Positions 23,801 through 37,300 of a stretch of 64,000 nucleotides of DNA are shown one piece after another. The translations under genes were made by a program, and so were the position numbers. Every line of letters begins with the position of its first letter. Position 1 is the first letter of the stretch. Below the pieces are notes generated by a model. The model did no database searches. It was not told the origin of the DNA and saw nothing but the letters and a program-made list of their open reading frames with translations. Source of the stretch: Octopus bimaculoides (taxonomy: Eukaryota); NCBI RefSeq assembly GCF_001194135.2, contig NC_068982.1:27937384-28001383 (forward strand), written 5' to 3'.

Positions 23801-24594
23801 TATATAAATAAAGAGTGAGAGACAAAGAGAATATAAGGTAATATAATTATATATTTGTATGTGTTTGTATGTATGTATGTGTCTGTGTATGTCTATATTC
23901 ATGCCTTACTTTACATTTACCAGTGTAAAGTGGTGTATTGCACTGTGTCCCTTTATGTTAATATATATAACATACTCAGTGTATAGGGCTGTTTCAAATA
24001 AGTACTGGATTCTATATGATTGGCTAAAAACTCTCTTCAAGAGATTTTAGTCAATCATATAGATTTTGGCTGCAGTCTAGTAACTGAAACTAGTAAAAGA
24101 ATCAAAGAATTTATCTGAAACTCTGGTATCTTTAATATCTATGTTTTGAATCATGTTAAAGAGTGTAGTGAAATCGTTTTATGTTTAGCAATCTATATAG
24201 CTTTTTGTTTTAACATTCTGCATAGTCTTATTTATTTTACCATGAAAATTTTGCTACTTGGTCCTTTGGGGTTAAAGTGTTTCTCAGACATTTAGTATTA
24301 CTTGTTTTTTTTTTTTTGTTTTTCTTTCATTTATTTAAGATACTTACAATGATAGATAAAATCTGAACGCTTTCATTAAGATTTGCTTGGTTAAAAAAAT
24401 ATAAAAAGAACTCTAGAAACACTACAGCTGTTCAAACAGTGTTGACTGTAACAGAAACAAGAAAATTCCTTTAAACAGCAACAGAAAAGATGTGACGGAA
24501 ACAAAGATCACAAATATTATGGCATGATAGTTAAATTTCCTTTCAGCACACCTGATGTAATTCATCATCAAAATCAGATAAATTTTGTTTGCGT

Positions 24595-24647
<53 letters not shown>

Positions 24648-25254
24648 TGTGTGTCTGTGTGAATATATTTGTACATCTATCTATGTAATATATGTGTGTG
24701 TTGGTACATATATGTGTGCATGTTTTGTCGTCATTTTTCTAATGCTTTTTCTTTTTGTACTGGCATGGGTTGGACAAGTTTTCCTAAAGTAATGAATAAA
24801 ATACAACTAGAAGCCCTTCCTGTGACTAGCACTTATGTTGTTTGTCGCTACACATAATGACATGGTGCAACTATTCTATTAGGAACACACACACACAAAC
24901 ACACGTACACACATTCATATTTATAATATGGCAGTTTAAAAATAAACTGGCACATCATCGAAATCTGAAAGCTCTGAGATAAACCATGATTGAACAATGT
25001 GAAGGAATTTCACAGTAATCTGAATGTTAAAAAGTTGAGTGAAATGGTGATACTATAGACATCCTTTAATGACATTACAACCACTTGCTCTACACTTTCA
25101 AAGACCTCTAGAATGAATAAAACTCTTACTTGGTAAACAAGTAAGGGTTGGCTATGGGAAAAGCATCCAGCCATGAAAATCCTGCCTTAAATAACTCTTT
25201 ATCACACCTATACATGCATGAAGGAAACAATTGGTCATATGAACAAAAGGGATT

Positions 25255-25450
25255 GTGTGGTAAGAAGCTTGCTTCCCAACCCCATGGTTCTGGGTTCAGT
25301 CCCACTACATGGCGCCTTGGGCAAGTGTCTTCTACTATAGTCTTGGGTTGACCAAGGCCTTGTGAGTGGATTTGGTAGCGGGAAATTGAAAGAAGCCTGT
25401 CGCATATATATGTATGTATGTATGTATGTATGAGTGTGTGTGTGTATGTG

Positions 25451-25481
<31 letters not shown>

Positions 25482-25680
25482 CCCACCACCACTTGGCAAC
25501 TGGTGTTGGAGTGTTTACATCCCTGTAACTTAGCAGTTCAGCAAAAGTGATCAATAGAATAAATACCAGGCTTTAAAGGAAAAACACACTGGGCTCAATT
25601 CATTGAACTAAAATTCTTCAAGGCAATGCTTCAGCATGGCTGCAGTCTAATGACTGAAATAAGTAAAAGAATAAAATAAA
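25255..25680 (+). repeat. tRNA-derived SINE with internal (TA/TG)n. Full copies also at 26040-26465(-) and 55005-55400; partial copies at about 6013, 20140, 31955, 39200, 44790(-), 49790, 53880(-), 59480
   Basis: Shared ggtaagaagcttgcttcccaacc.catggtt..gggttcagtcccact...aaagaagcc + microsatellite + ...aagtaaaagag tail. Confidence 0.8.
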
Positions 25681-25871
25681 AGAATATACACTGTAAAGTG
25701 GTTGGCATTAGGAAGGGCATCCAGCTGTAGAAACCATGCCAAAGCAGACACTAGAGTATGATACAGTCTTTGACTCACTGGATCCTTGCCAAACTGTCAA
25801 ACCCATATGAAATAAAAATTAAATGACAACAACAATGACGATGATGATGATGATGATGGTGATGGTGATGG

Positions 25872-25903
<32 letters not shown>

Positions 25904-26265
25904 TGTATGTGTGTGTATGTATAGATATTTGGTTGACTCTCCAATTGATTTGGATGTATGTGCATTCATTTGTCAATCAACTGGAAAACCTTCTCATTGA
26001 ATTAGCATGCAAAGTAGCTCATATCCTATAGATATACTCCTTACTCTTTACTCTTTTACTCTTTTACTTGTCTCAGTCATTTGACTGTTGCCATGCTGGA
26101 GCACCACCTTTAGTTGAGCAAATCGACCCCAGAACTTATTCTTTGTAAGCTTAGTACTTATTCTATCGGTCTCTTTTGCTGAACTGCTAAGTTATGGGGA
26201 CGTAAACACACCAGCATCGGTTGTCAAGCGATGTTGGGGGGACAAACACAGATACACAAACACAC

Positions 26266-26323
<58 letters not shown>

Positions 26324-26653
26324 CAGGCTTCTTTCAGTTTCCGTCTACCAAATCCACTCACAAGGCTTCAGTCTTCGGAAGACACTTGCCCAAGGTGCCA
26401 CGCAGTGGGACTGAAACCGGAACCATGTGGTTGGTAAGCAAGCTACTTACCACACAGCCACTCTTGTATACATAACATGATTTTTAGGTAGAATCAATGT
26501 GACTAAGTTGGGCTTTTGAATTACCAATACAATTCATTGATGTACTTCAACACAGCTTCCATCAACTAAGTGCTATGACAAAGGCATTTGTCTATGAATG
26601 CCATACAATAGGATTGAACCTGGGCACTTCATTGTTACAAAGAAAATTAATTA

Positions 26654-26826
26654 CTGTATTTTAATGTGTATAAGGAACTCCCTAATTTGGAGATTTGAGG
26701 TTCGAGGAATTAAGTAATTTATTAAGTAATTTATTAATACTATAATACTGTCCATGTATAAGAAACTCCCATATTTTTAAAACTAATTTTTGACAAAAAA
26801 GGGTCCCTTATACATGTTAAAATAGG
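26654..26826. mobile_element. pogo/Tigger-like MITE
   Basis: TIRs ctgtattttaatgtgtataagg / ccttatacatgttaaaatagg with TA flanks. Confidence 0.55.
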
Positions 26827-26841
26827 TAATCCCTCAGCCTG

Positions 26842-26877
<36 letters not shown>

Positions 26878-27192
26878 TGGAACAGTGGATCTCGAAGCAC
26901 ATGAAGCTATAAATTGCAGCATGTAAATAATAGGTTTAGAAAACCCTTTTGAATAGTAAAAGTAGAAAGCCTGCTATGTTTACAGGAGATATGAGTTTGT
27001 GGCTCATGAGCAGCCTTCAACTTTTTCTAACCAAAAGCATTTTTCACTTCTTCAATTCAACATTTATATGCTATTATTTATAACTTTGTGAGCTTCAAGA
27101 TCCAATGTTCAGAAGAAGAAGAAGAAGAAAAAAAAAAGAATCATTTCATATTCTCTGGTAAGTTTAAAAGTTCTTTTGACAAAAATACAATA

Positions 27193-27390
27193 CAAGGTGG
27201 GCCAAAATCATGCACAAAACAAATTCAGTACATTCTGGAATTGTCAAAATCATGCTTCAGTTTTTCTAAAATAACTAAAGTAATGATGAATACACATGTA
27301 CTTGTACATGATAAACAAACTGAATAATGATAATAATGTAATATAAATAGAATGTCAACTGTTTTGGTGCATGACTTTTGGCTCACCCTG
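27193..27390. mobile_element. Tc1/mariner-type MITE (198 bp)
   Basis: About 30-bp TIRs caaggtgggccaaaatcatgcacaaaac / gttttggtgcatgacttttggctcaccctg, TA TSD. Confidence 0.75.
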
Positions 27391-27569
27391 TATGTGTGCG
27401 TGTGTGTGTGTGTGTGTGTGTGCATGTTTGAAAATATACACACACAGATATATATTGTTGTAACCATATTTAGAAAACAAAGTAAAAATAGTCAAGAAAA
27501 TGCTCTGCATGATAACCGAGATATACAACAATGTCATTTCTTTATGGTATTCAATTTATAGAGTGTCAC

Positions 27570-27850
27570 TTATAATCACTTGGCTAGAAACAATCAGATA
27601 CATTCAGACTATATCCACCAACAATAGCTATTACAGGCTAATGTGGGTGGGTAGGTGTGTCAACATGGTCACATGACTTGCTAGAACTAGCAACCAAATT
27701 TCCTTAAAAGTCGTAATGAAAAAAAGGAGGATACATTTGGATAATGTAGTCTCAGATATACTATACTTTTGGTCGCGAACTATCTTATGTTCGCGAACTA
27801 TCTTCTGTTCGCACCATCAGAACTGATCTGGGGTTAAACCACAACATTAG
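27570..27850 (+). repeat. Interspersed repeat family with (aac)n tail; related copies at about 15130, 53080(-), 55540, 56930, 57510
   Basis: Shared cacttggctagaaa...ggataatgtagtc...gacctgggg.taaacaacaac segments. Confidence 0.5.
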
Positions 27851-28896
27851 CAATTATGACAAAAGCCAACAGTAATAATATACCCTTTCTTTAATTCATA
27901 TAATTCTTCCTCACCATCTCTCCACTGTGATAAATATTTATATCAGCATAATGCTTTCATGCTATTTATATTTCAGTTAGCTTCCTGTTGGCAGTCATCC
28001 CACACAACCTTCAGTGACATTCAAATTTTGATAATTTTTTTCCTGTTTTTACGACTTACTGGTCTAGTTAAGTTATTTTGTACTTCAGTACTCATTGTGA
28101 CAGCTTTTGGCAGCTTGCTTGTTGACACTGTATTGGAACCACTTGAATCGTGATTAAACAGATAATTTATAATGAGCTATTTCAGCTAGAGGAAACCTGG
28201 TGCAAATTCTGTCATATGGATTAAGTTTTATCTCATTCATTGACTCATTTGTATCAAGCCAGTCTCTCTGCCCAACCCTTACATTCCATACATCTTTCTG
28301 AAGAAACTTTCCTATACTGCCTTCAGCCCACATCCCACAGTTGCATTGAAATATTGTCTGTCTCAGATTTTAAATGTGTCCCCAGCTTTTAAAAAGTGTG
28401 TCTTTAATAAACTGCTTAGCAACTTGTCTAAACATTTGCTGTAAATATTTAGAGAAAAAAAGAAAAAACTAAAATTTTAAAAAAGTTATAAATTTTTTTC
28501 TCACAATACTAAAGTCTAAACCAGGTTATTTTTTCAAACTAGTTTTGTTTTGTTATGCTATATTATATCATATTTGTTTCTTTGTTTTGGTCATTCATAC
28601 AGTTCAAAGAACATTAAAGAATTTGTGTGGGAGTTCAGCTGGTTTAGCTGTTTTCGTATTTTATTACAAAACTTTGTTTTAGTAATGAAGCAATATTCCA
28701 TATAACTGCCAATTACAGATAAAATTGTTCTTTTATTCTGTTTGTGTGCAATAAATAGGGTATATGTATATCACTTAATCTAGAGACTTTTCTTTTGATA
28801 ATTATTCAATATTAATAACTTTTTATCAAATGAGGTTTTTTCTTCATTAGAATTGGATAATATATAATGAAAATGAAAGTTCTAGAAGGATTTTAT

Positions 28897-29282
28897 GGTG
28901 CTACTATAGTATGATATCTACCTTGTTATTTGTGATCTACTGCAAACGACAATACTACACTCTGCCCAACAACCCACTTACAGCCTTCAGCAATTAATTC
29001 TAGCCCATTTAGTTGTTCACACAAACACCACGCTGGCCAGAGACTTTTACAAAAAGTGACGATGAAGTAGTGTCCTTTTTGAGAGAGCACAATCTTATTG
29101 ACCAGGTAGGAAATGTACCTCCTCGTTATAAATGCAGAACACAAATGCAAGAAAAAAGAAAGAGGAATAGAGCAGTTGATAGATATCAACAGTTGGTAGA
29201 TATCATACTATAGTAGAAAATTAATAGTAGATATCATACTATAGTAGAAAATGGATGGTAGAGGTCGTACTATAGTAGCACT
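28897..29282 (+). mobile_element. Merlin-like non-autonomous DNA transposon
   Basis: GG-starting 26-bp TIR ggtgctactatagtatgatatctacc, perfect 8-bp TSD gattttat (28889-28896, 29283-29290), three tandem subterminal copies of the TIR motif at the right end, and internal peptide FLREHNLIDQ...KCRTQM resembling a Merlin/IS1595 transposase N-terminus. Confidence 0.7.
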
Positions 29283-31374
29283 GATTTTATTCTGAGAAAG
29301 ATTGGAAAAATTACCTTTCTTGCACTGATCTGGACAACGAGGCCCAATGAATTGATAAGGGAAATGGAGACAAGTTTTACCCAGCAGATTTAGACGATGT
29401 ATTGTATAGTTAGGGAAATGCAGAGAGCAAAATGCTGTATAACAGAAGAGACAAATGAAACATGTATTGTGGGTGGGTCAGTGATAAAAGAGTTTTACAA
29501 AAATATTTTTTCTTATCTCAGTTCAACAGCATTTTTCCTTGAGTTGTTCTATCGTTAAGAAATCTCATAACCCACCACCACTACAGTTAATCTCAAGAAA
29601 GATTGGTAAAGATAAATTGGTAAACTACCATAATTTCTAAAACTAGAGGAAAATAATTCATCAAAAGTAAGATGAGGTTGCAAGTGTCTATAACATAGTT
29701 CAGTTTGTTTGAATATGAGGTAAAGTTTAAGTAAACTTGTAAGGTTGAAAATAGCATTGTGTTTGTAGAAAAGCTTTTAAAATGTTTCAACTCATAGAAT
29801 AGAGGACAAGCAACTGAGATAGATAGGGCAAATTTATTCTGCAAACACAATGAAACCATGCTATCATGAATAAATAGGTATAAACTGATAAATATAAATA
29901 ACAATGGTTTCATTTAAATGTTTCCATGTCAATATCGGTTAAACTGGTTTTGTGTATTTTCAACTATTTATGTTATCGCCTAATTCTTTTGTAACATCTC
30001 AGTCTATTGGAGAAGATAGAGCCTCTGAGTTTAACTGCACAAAACCTTGACATTGATAGAAAAAACTGTGTGGAAGCCTGTTTAATTGTCTGATTTAACT
30101 ACCACTCCTTACACACATGCACGCACGCACATATGACTTTGTTCTTGTCAAACCATCCAACCCAGGCCAGCAAGGACTGCTGTTTTCCATGCTGGCATGG
30201 GTTAGAGACAGTTTGACTGGGGCTAGTAAGCTGGAGAGCTGCATCAGGTCCCAGTTGTCTGTTTTGGCTTGGTTTCTATGGCTGGATACCCTTCCTAATG
30301 CCAACCACTTTACAGAGTGTACTGAGTGGTTTTTACATGTCACTGGTACAGGTGCCTTGTACGTGTCACTGGCACAGGCGCCCTATACATGTCACTGGCA
30401 CTGTCAATGAACATGATTCACTTAGCATGTAATGATAGTCATCATTTAACAATGACCACTATTCACTGTACATATAATCATAATCATAATTTAACTTCTT
30501 ATGTTCCATGCTGGCATGAGTTGGATGGTTTGACTTGGATCCAATGGTTTCAAGGACTGCATCATACTCTAGTGTCTACTTTGGCATTGTTTCTTATGGT
30601 TGGGTGCCCTTCCTAATACCAACAACTTTACAGTATATACGAGGTGGTTGTCTTTCCTTTGTGCCACCAGCTCTATTGCAGTCATTATGCAGAGAGACTT
30701 TATGCCAAAAGATGAGAGGAGGGGTAAGAGCAGATTCTTATTGAGGAGCTACTTGACAACTCACATTTAGAAGAATCAGTAGGAACAGCAAAGAGATAAA
30801 TAGTGGTGATGCGGTGTCCAGGTGGACCCTAAAAGTATGAAGTGAGCAGAAGTGAGAGTACCACATAAAAAGTATTCAGTAATCTCTGTGGAGTGGTTAG
30901 TGGAGGTAGGGCGTCCAGCTCTAGAAACCAAGCCAAAGCAGACTATGGAACCTGATGTGGCCTCAGGCTTTACCAGTTTCTGTCAAGCCACCAAATCCAT
31001 GCCAGCTGGGAAAACGAACGTTAAATGATGATCGATCACACACACGCCCCCCCCCCACAGACACACACTTAAATAAAGACATAAATTATTTATACATATA
31101 TATANNNNNNNNNNNNNNNNNNNNNNNNNNNNNNNNNNNNNNNNNNNNNNNNNNNNNNNNNNNNNNNNNNNNNNNNNNNNNNNNNNNNNNNNNNNNNNNN
31201 NNNNNNNNNNNNNNNNNNNNNNNNNNNNNNNNNNNNNNNNNNNNNNNNNNNNNNNNNNNNNNNNNNNNNNNNNNNNNNNNNNNNNNNNNNNNNNNNNNNN
31301 NNNNNNNNNNNNNNNNNNNNNNNNNNNNNNNNNNNNNNNNNNNNNNNNNNNNNNNNNNNNNNNNNNNNNNNNNN

Positions 31375-31421
<47 letters not shown>

Positions 31422-32112
31422 CATATTCATACACATTGTATATATATGTGTGTGTATAAAATGAGCTTCAAAGAAGACAAACTACATTGCATACTTATTA
31501 TCAACCTCTGAATTTACAAAAAAATTTTTCATTACACAAGCAATTAATTATTGTTTTTTAGTTGCCTCATCTTGAAGCCTCACATTCCGAATATTGATTG
31601 CCAACACTAATTAAAATGATCCTAATTTGTTCTTTATAATTAAAAAAGTATATTGAACCTGAATAGATGTTAACACTCTGTACGTGTTAAGAGGCATCTC
31701 AATCAAGCACTTTTCTTCATGTTTTACTATATTTATTTCCTGATATCATACTCTAAATTGGAAAGGAGTAATTTTCACTATGGTGACTCGGCAGAGTAGT
31801 TAGATTGTCAGATAGAATGCCTCAATATATTTGTTCCAACTCTTTGTGCTCTGGGTTCAAATTCTGCTATGATCAAATGATCACTATTGCCTCTCATTCT
31901 TTCAGAGTTAATAAAAAAAGTACCAATTTGGCATGGTGAATTAGCAGAACATTAACAGGCTTGGCTGTGCTGCTAAGAAGCTTGCCTCTCAACCATGTAG
32001 TCTTGGGTTCAATCTCACTATGCAGCGTCTTGGGCAAGTGTCTTCTACAATAGTCCTGTGCTGACCAAAGCCTTGTGAGTGGATTTGATAGATGGAAAAT
32101 GAAAGAAATCTG

Positions 32113-32196
<84 letters not shown>

Positions 32197-32610
32197 GTAC
32201 ACACACACACACACATATATGAGATTGTAATCGTGGCTGATGCTGCTGTCACATACAAGGTGGCATGTAAAAAGTACCTTTCAAACATTGGGCCACATGG
32301 AGGCAAAATAGCTGAGTTCCTTTCAAGTGTTGGGCCTCATGGAGGCAATGACCAAGCAAACTCACAGTCCTGGCAGATATCAGTGTCATGCAAATGGCAC
32401 CCATGCTGGCGGCACCTAAAAGCACCCATTACACTCTCAGAGTGGTTGATGTTAGGAAGGGTATCCAGCCATAGAAACCATGCTAGATCAGACTGGGGTC
32501 TGGTGCAGCCTTCCAGCTTGCCAGCCCCGGTCAAACTGTCCAACCCATGCCAGCATGGACAATGGATGCTAAATGATGATGATGACACACACACATACAC
32601 ACACACACAT

Positions 32611-33170
32611 CAAGTCATTAAGAATGAAATGTCTGATTTTCTTATGCACCAAGTTTGACAGTCGTTAACTTATGTGTTATCTTGACTATTCTTTGTTTTA
32701 CAACATTGAAGAGTTACATCATCACTTTTTGAAATGTAATTCATGGTGTCTGATTATATTATGAGTTTTGTCTTGTAAATCAATTTTTGTGAACCCATGG
32801 ATAGATAAAAAATTCATGCTGTTTATGAATATGAGTTCTGTCATGGAACTAAAGCATCCCAGACAGCTTGAAACATCAATGAGGTGTTTGGTGAAGATGT
32901 GGTGAATGAGCGCACTGTACGTCGATGGTTTAAGAAGTTCCAGTCTGGCGACTTTACTCTTGAAAGTCAACCCTGTGGTAGACCTGAGACCAAGGTAGAT
33001 AATGATGAACTGGAAACTGTAGTGGAAGTAGATATGTTTCAAACTATGTGTGAGTTAGCAGCAAGGTTTGATGTTTCGATTCCAACTGTATTGGACCATC
33101 TGAAACAAATCGGCAAGGTAAAGAAGCTGGACAAGTGGATACCACATGAACTGAAAAGCTATCATCGATA
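32611..33170 (+). mobile_element. 5' half of a mariner element (Hsmar1/cecropia-like HTH region)
   Basis: VFGEDVVNERTVRRWFKKFQSGDFTLESQPCGRP...LKQIGKVKKLDKWIPHEL; ends before the catalytic domain. Confidence 0.8.
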
Positions 33171-36032
33171 AGGTTGTGAAGGGTTTCAATAGTGTACTGT
33201 TCATGAGCAGGGAAGGAATAGTATTATAAGTTTCATTTCTTTTATATGTGTAATGACAGAATAGATAGCAGTGAATGAAATTATTGTATCGTATCCAGTA
33301 TTGATTTTAAGGCATTGGCTCACAGGTCTAAGGGCCCAATTCTCATCTATGTATATTATGACTTGTTGTCAATAAATATATTGTATAGGGCTCAGTGCAT
33401 TGATTTGCCCAAGGGCCTATAATAATGCTGCTAAGATAGCCCAGATCATATCCCTCATTGGAGATTGTTTCCAAGGTCTTTATTTGTAGAAATGGTGCTT
33501 ATATATAGTTCTGTTTTTTGTAAAGAGATTTGCATTAGAAGCATTATCAAAAAGTTAATGTACGTACATATGTACATATGTATGTATGCATGCATGCATG
33601 TGCACACATGCACATACCTTCAATGTATACAAGAGTACGTGACTAGAATGCACGCTGATGCACAGGATGTAAAATAGAAATAATGTGATGACAATGTCAG
33701 TGATGGAAGCAGCAGCAGCATATAAGGAGGAGGAAGAAGAATTGTAAAACTCTAAGAAACCATAAGTATTGATAAAATGAGGTTACATGATGCTAGTTGA
33801 TACATAATGCGATAGATCTGTAAAATAATCTTCTGATGCAAGAAATGAAAGATGAATAGAGACCATAGGCAAATAACTTTGACAGAAGGCACTCATTCCA
33901 GATATGACTGAAGTCTTTGCTGATGTCAAGCTCAGCAACATTTCTTTTGCAGGAAATTTGTAAAATGTGAGAAATCAGATCTCCATTAGACCCAGTTCTA
34001 TTAAGATTATTACACTGGTGTTACTGAGTAGCATGATAGGATATGATTATTTATGACTACATCGACATTTTTGAAATATGAATGAAAAGCCAATAGCTGC
34101 GAGATTCAGTGACTGCTCTTCTTGGGGATGGAATTCTTGGTTACAGGTTTTTATAAAGAAAGGAAACTTGAAGTATTTAGTGAGGATTGGATCTAGCTAA
34201 GAATAATATCAGAACTAGCTGAACTGGCATTACTGTATACATATAATATCTACGTGTGGAAGTAAAGCAAGTGGGATGGAGAAGGAGAGTTAAGGATTGT
34301 CTTTGTTATGCTTAGCAGAAATGGTTTTGGCAGTAAATGTAGATACTTCATCTGCAGGTGTATTACATGCAGAGTTATGTTGCTGGAAGAATGATGGCTT
34401 GTGGGATTCTGCAAAGTTTGTTTCTTACAGTAAGACACCAGAGAGAACTTTATTGCAATTTGGGAGGTAAGGGAATATTCATTGCTCATGTTATACCTTT
34501 CACAAAGGCACCTTTCATATCTTTCATGATAGTCATCTTGATTGTGTTGCTATAGTGGGTGCACTTAGGTGTTTTGTGGATGTGGGTTTTGGTTATGCAA
34601 CAGTTATACAGTGTGTTCTGGTTTCAGTTCCCACTTAGTTATTTCAAATAAGTGTTAAGTGTTACTTACTGTTACCAGAACTACATAGAATTGATAGAGT
34701 ACTGACAAATGAAGTCACTCCAATTTTATCTTAACAGGATGCCTAGCTCAGAGGTCATGGAATTTCTCCAATTTGAGCTACTGCTTCTCTGCACTGAGTG
34801 GGGTCACAGCTCCAGCACTATGGACCTGTGATTAGAATGTCACAAAAAAAAATTACAAGATGGATTTTTCAAACCAAGCCAATTGGCAGGAAACCTAGGA
34901 ATAGACCGAGAATGGGATGGTTGGATCCATTATTTCAATTGGTTATGTTTGGGAATCCAGCCAAAAAGTCTAATGATGATTGCTTTTGACAGAACCTTAT
35001 GGTGGAGGTGCCTGAGGACTCTACTCCCATGCTCCTCCCACAAATAGTGGGTAGAGAAGATGGATGGATGGTTCTTAATTAAATGAAATTAATAATTTCT
35101 TTGCCAAATAAGTTTATTAAGAAGAAAATTTTCATTTATGATTGATATTTATTATTTGATGTATGTACATTTAATATGTACAAGTTCCATTTACAAATAC
35201 CTCTTTGATATTTTCTAGTGATAAGTGTTACATATATTATTTAATATATTTATATTTGTGATCTGTTTTAATCCATATTTAATTTTTATCAGTATGCGAT
35301 CTTAAATGTACTGTCTTCTACATACAGCTCACATGTTAAAACCCTTTAAGTCTTACTAAAGGTTATTTCACACTTTTAGTTTTCATGAGATATTCTATGA
35401 TGTGGGCAGAATGAATTTTAAATGACGCTGAAGCACTCTTTTTTGTAACTATTCTCTCAAAGAAACTTTCTCATCTGATACAGAATATTTCTCTGCAAAT
35501 TATTTATCTATAATTGGAAGCCAACTTGAATTAAGATTAACGTACACAATCGAGGTTTCGAGTAGATGGAAATTGTTAATATTTGATTTGCATGTATGTG
35601 AAAGAACTGAGTTCTCTAAAAGACTGGAATGTAATCTATTTGATCCTTGAAGAATGCCAACAACTGCTCAGAATTGTAGTGAAGTACTGCTTGACTTTGA
35701 AGAAACCTCCTTGAAGCAATTTTGTCGGTATTAAGAGTTTGAGGCCTCCAGACAAAATCACTTGTAAGATTCAGCATTAATGGTGTGTGAAAATATTTTA
35801 AGTAGGAAGTTTATCATGTGTCAGTAATGTCTAGGAAGAAGATCAGAGAAATATCATTTGGTAAAGGTCGGTGACAGTAAAACTGGAAGAGACGATGATG
35901 GCTTGAAGGGGAATAAATTTTAAAACAAACAATCGAGAATTATATAGAAAAATTGTGGAGCTTATTATAGGAGACTTATGCACATTGTAAGAAATGGAGC
36001 ATTTTACCATTAGATTATTATTATTATTATTA

Positions 36033-36070
<38 letters not shown>

Positions 36071-36429
36071 ACTCTTTTCTCTGGTAGTTTCATGTGAGTT
36101 TCTGCTTCACCACCTGGTAAACCTCTGTACTCCTAAAGAGTGTACAGTAATGCATTCTTATTTTTGTGGGGATTGGCTTGTTGTTGTTATTGTTGTTATA
36201 ATTATTATTATCATTAAGGCAGTGAGCTGGCAGAATTGTTAGCACACTTGTCGAAATGCTTAGTGGTATTTCATCTGTTGCCACATTCTGAGTTTAAATT
36301 CCACTGTGGTTGATTTTGCCTTTCATCCTTTTGGGGTCAATTGAATAAGTACCAGTTATGCACTGGAGTCAATGTAATCAACTTACCTCCTCCCACCAAA
36401 TTTCAGGCCTTATGCCTATAGTAGAAAGA

Positions 36430-37300
36430 ATTAAGCCGTTCAATGGACCCCGAGTGGCTGAGGCATAGCATTGCAATAAATCCATGATCCGATACTTGCC
36501 GGAACATGAAGGGAAAATAGTAACTGATCCAAGACAGATGTGTGTGGCCTTTCAGTGGCACTTTGCTCAACTGTTTGGGAGCAGCAGTGAGCCGGATCGC
36601 AGGATGGATTTCATGTTCTACCTCAACGGGCTGAAAGAGGCAGAGCACTGTGAAAGGCCGATAACAGCCTTTGAAATATGGGAAGCAGTGGCTAGCTGCA
36701 TGAGGGGTTGTTGGACTGATCCAGCTGTCAACTGAATCCATTGTGAAGATTGTCTTTAACCGGAAAGGAAAGGTTGTGTTTATATACCTGGTAGCCATGG
36801 CAAAGTGGTTGTATGGTGGACCAAAATTGAAGAGGCTGAAGACAAACACTTTTCTGTTTGGCCAATCCTTGATCAACTTCTTCAAGTTTCACTTGAAAAG
36901 AAAAATAAGGGTAGAGAGGTAAGTGTTGTTTTCTAACCAGTTTGCTGAAAGGTGGATAAAAGTGGCAAGAATGGTGCAAGTGAATGGGCTTACCCTGAGC
37001 ATACACCTGTAGTTTGGAAAAGGTAAGGAAAAGAAAAAAGGCACCTGCCCCAAAAGTCAGGGTACCCATGGTTTTTTTATGGGTTTTTTTTTATGAGCAG
37101 CCCTCAAACATCTCCTCCCTATTGAGGATTACACATTGTCGATTTTTTCTTTTTATTTTGTTAGTTTTGTTTGCATGCATAACCCTCACAACAACACACA
37201 TACACACAAACATACACACACACATTCTTCGTTTTGTCCTGTGCTGTCTATTAATGTGTTACTTAATGTAAACCCTTGTGGTTAATAAAGAAATAATAAT
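36430..37300 (+). mobile_element. L1/Tx1-like LINE fragment with 3' end
   Basis: GKIVTDPRQMCVAFQWHFAQLF...EAEHCERPITAFEIWEAV is the EN-RT linker of L1/Tx1. AATAAA near 37283 is followed by a (taa/tta)n tail. Confidence 0.55.
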
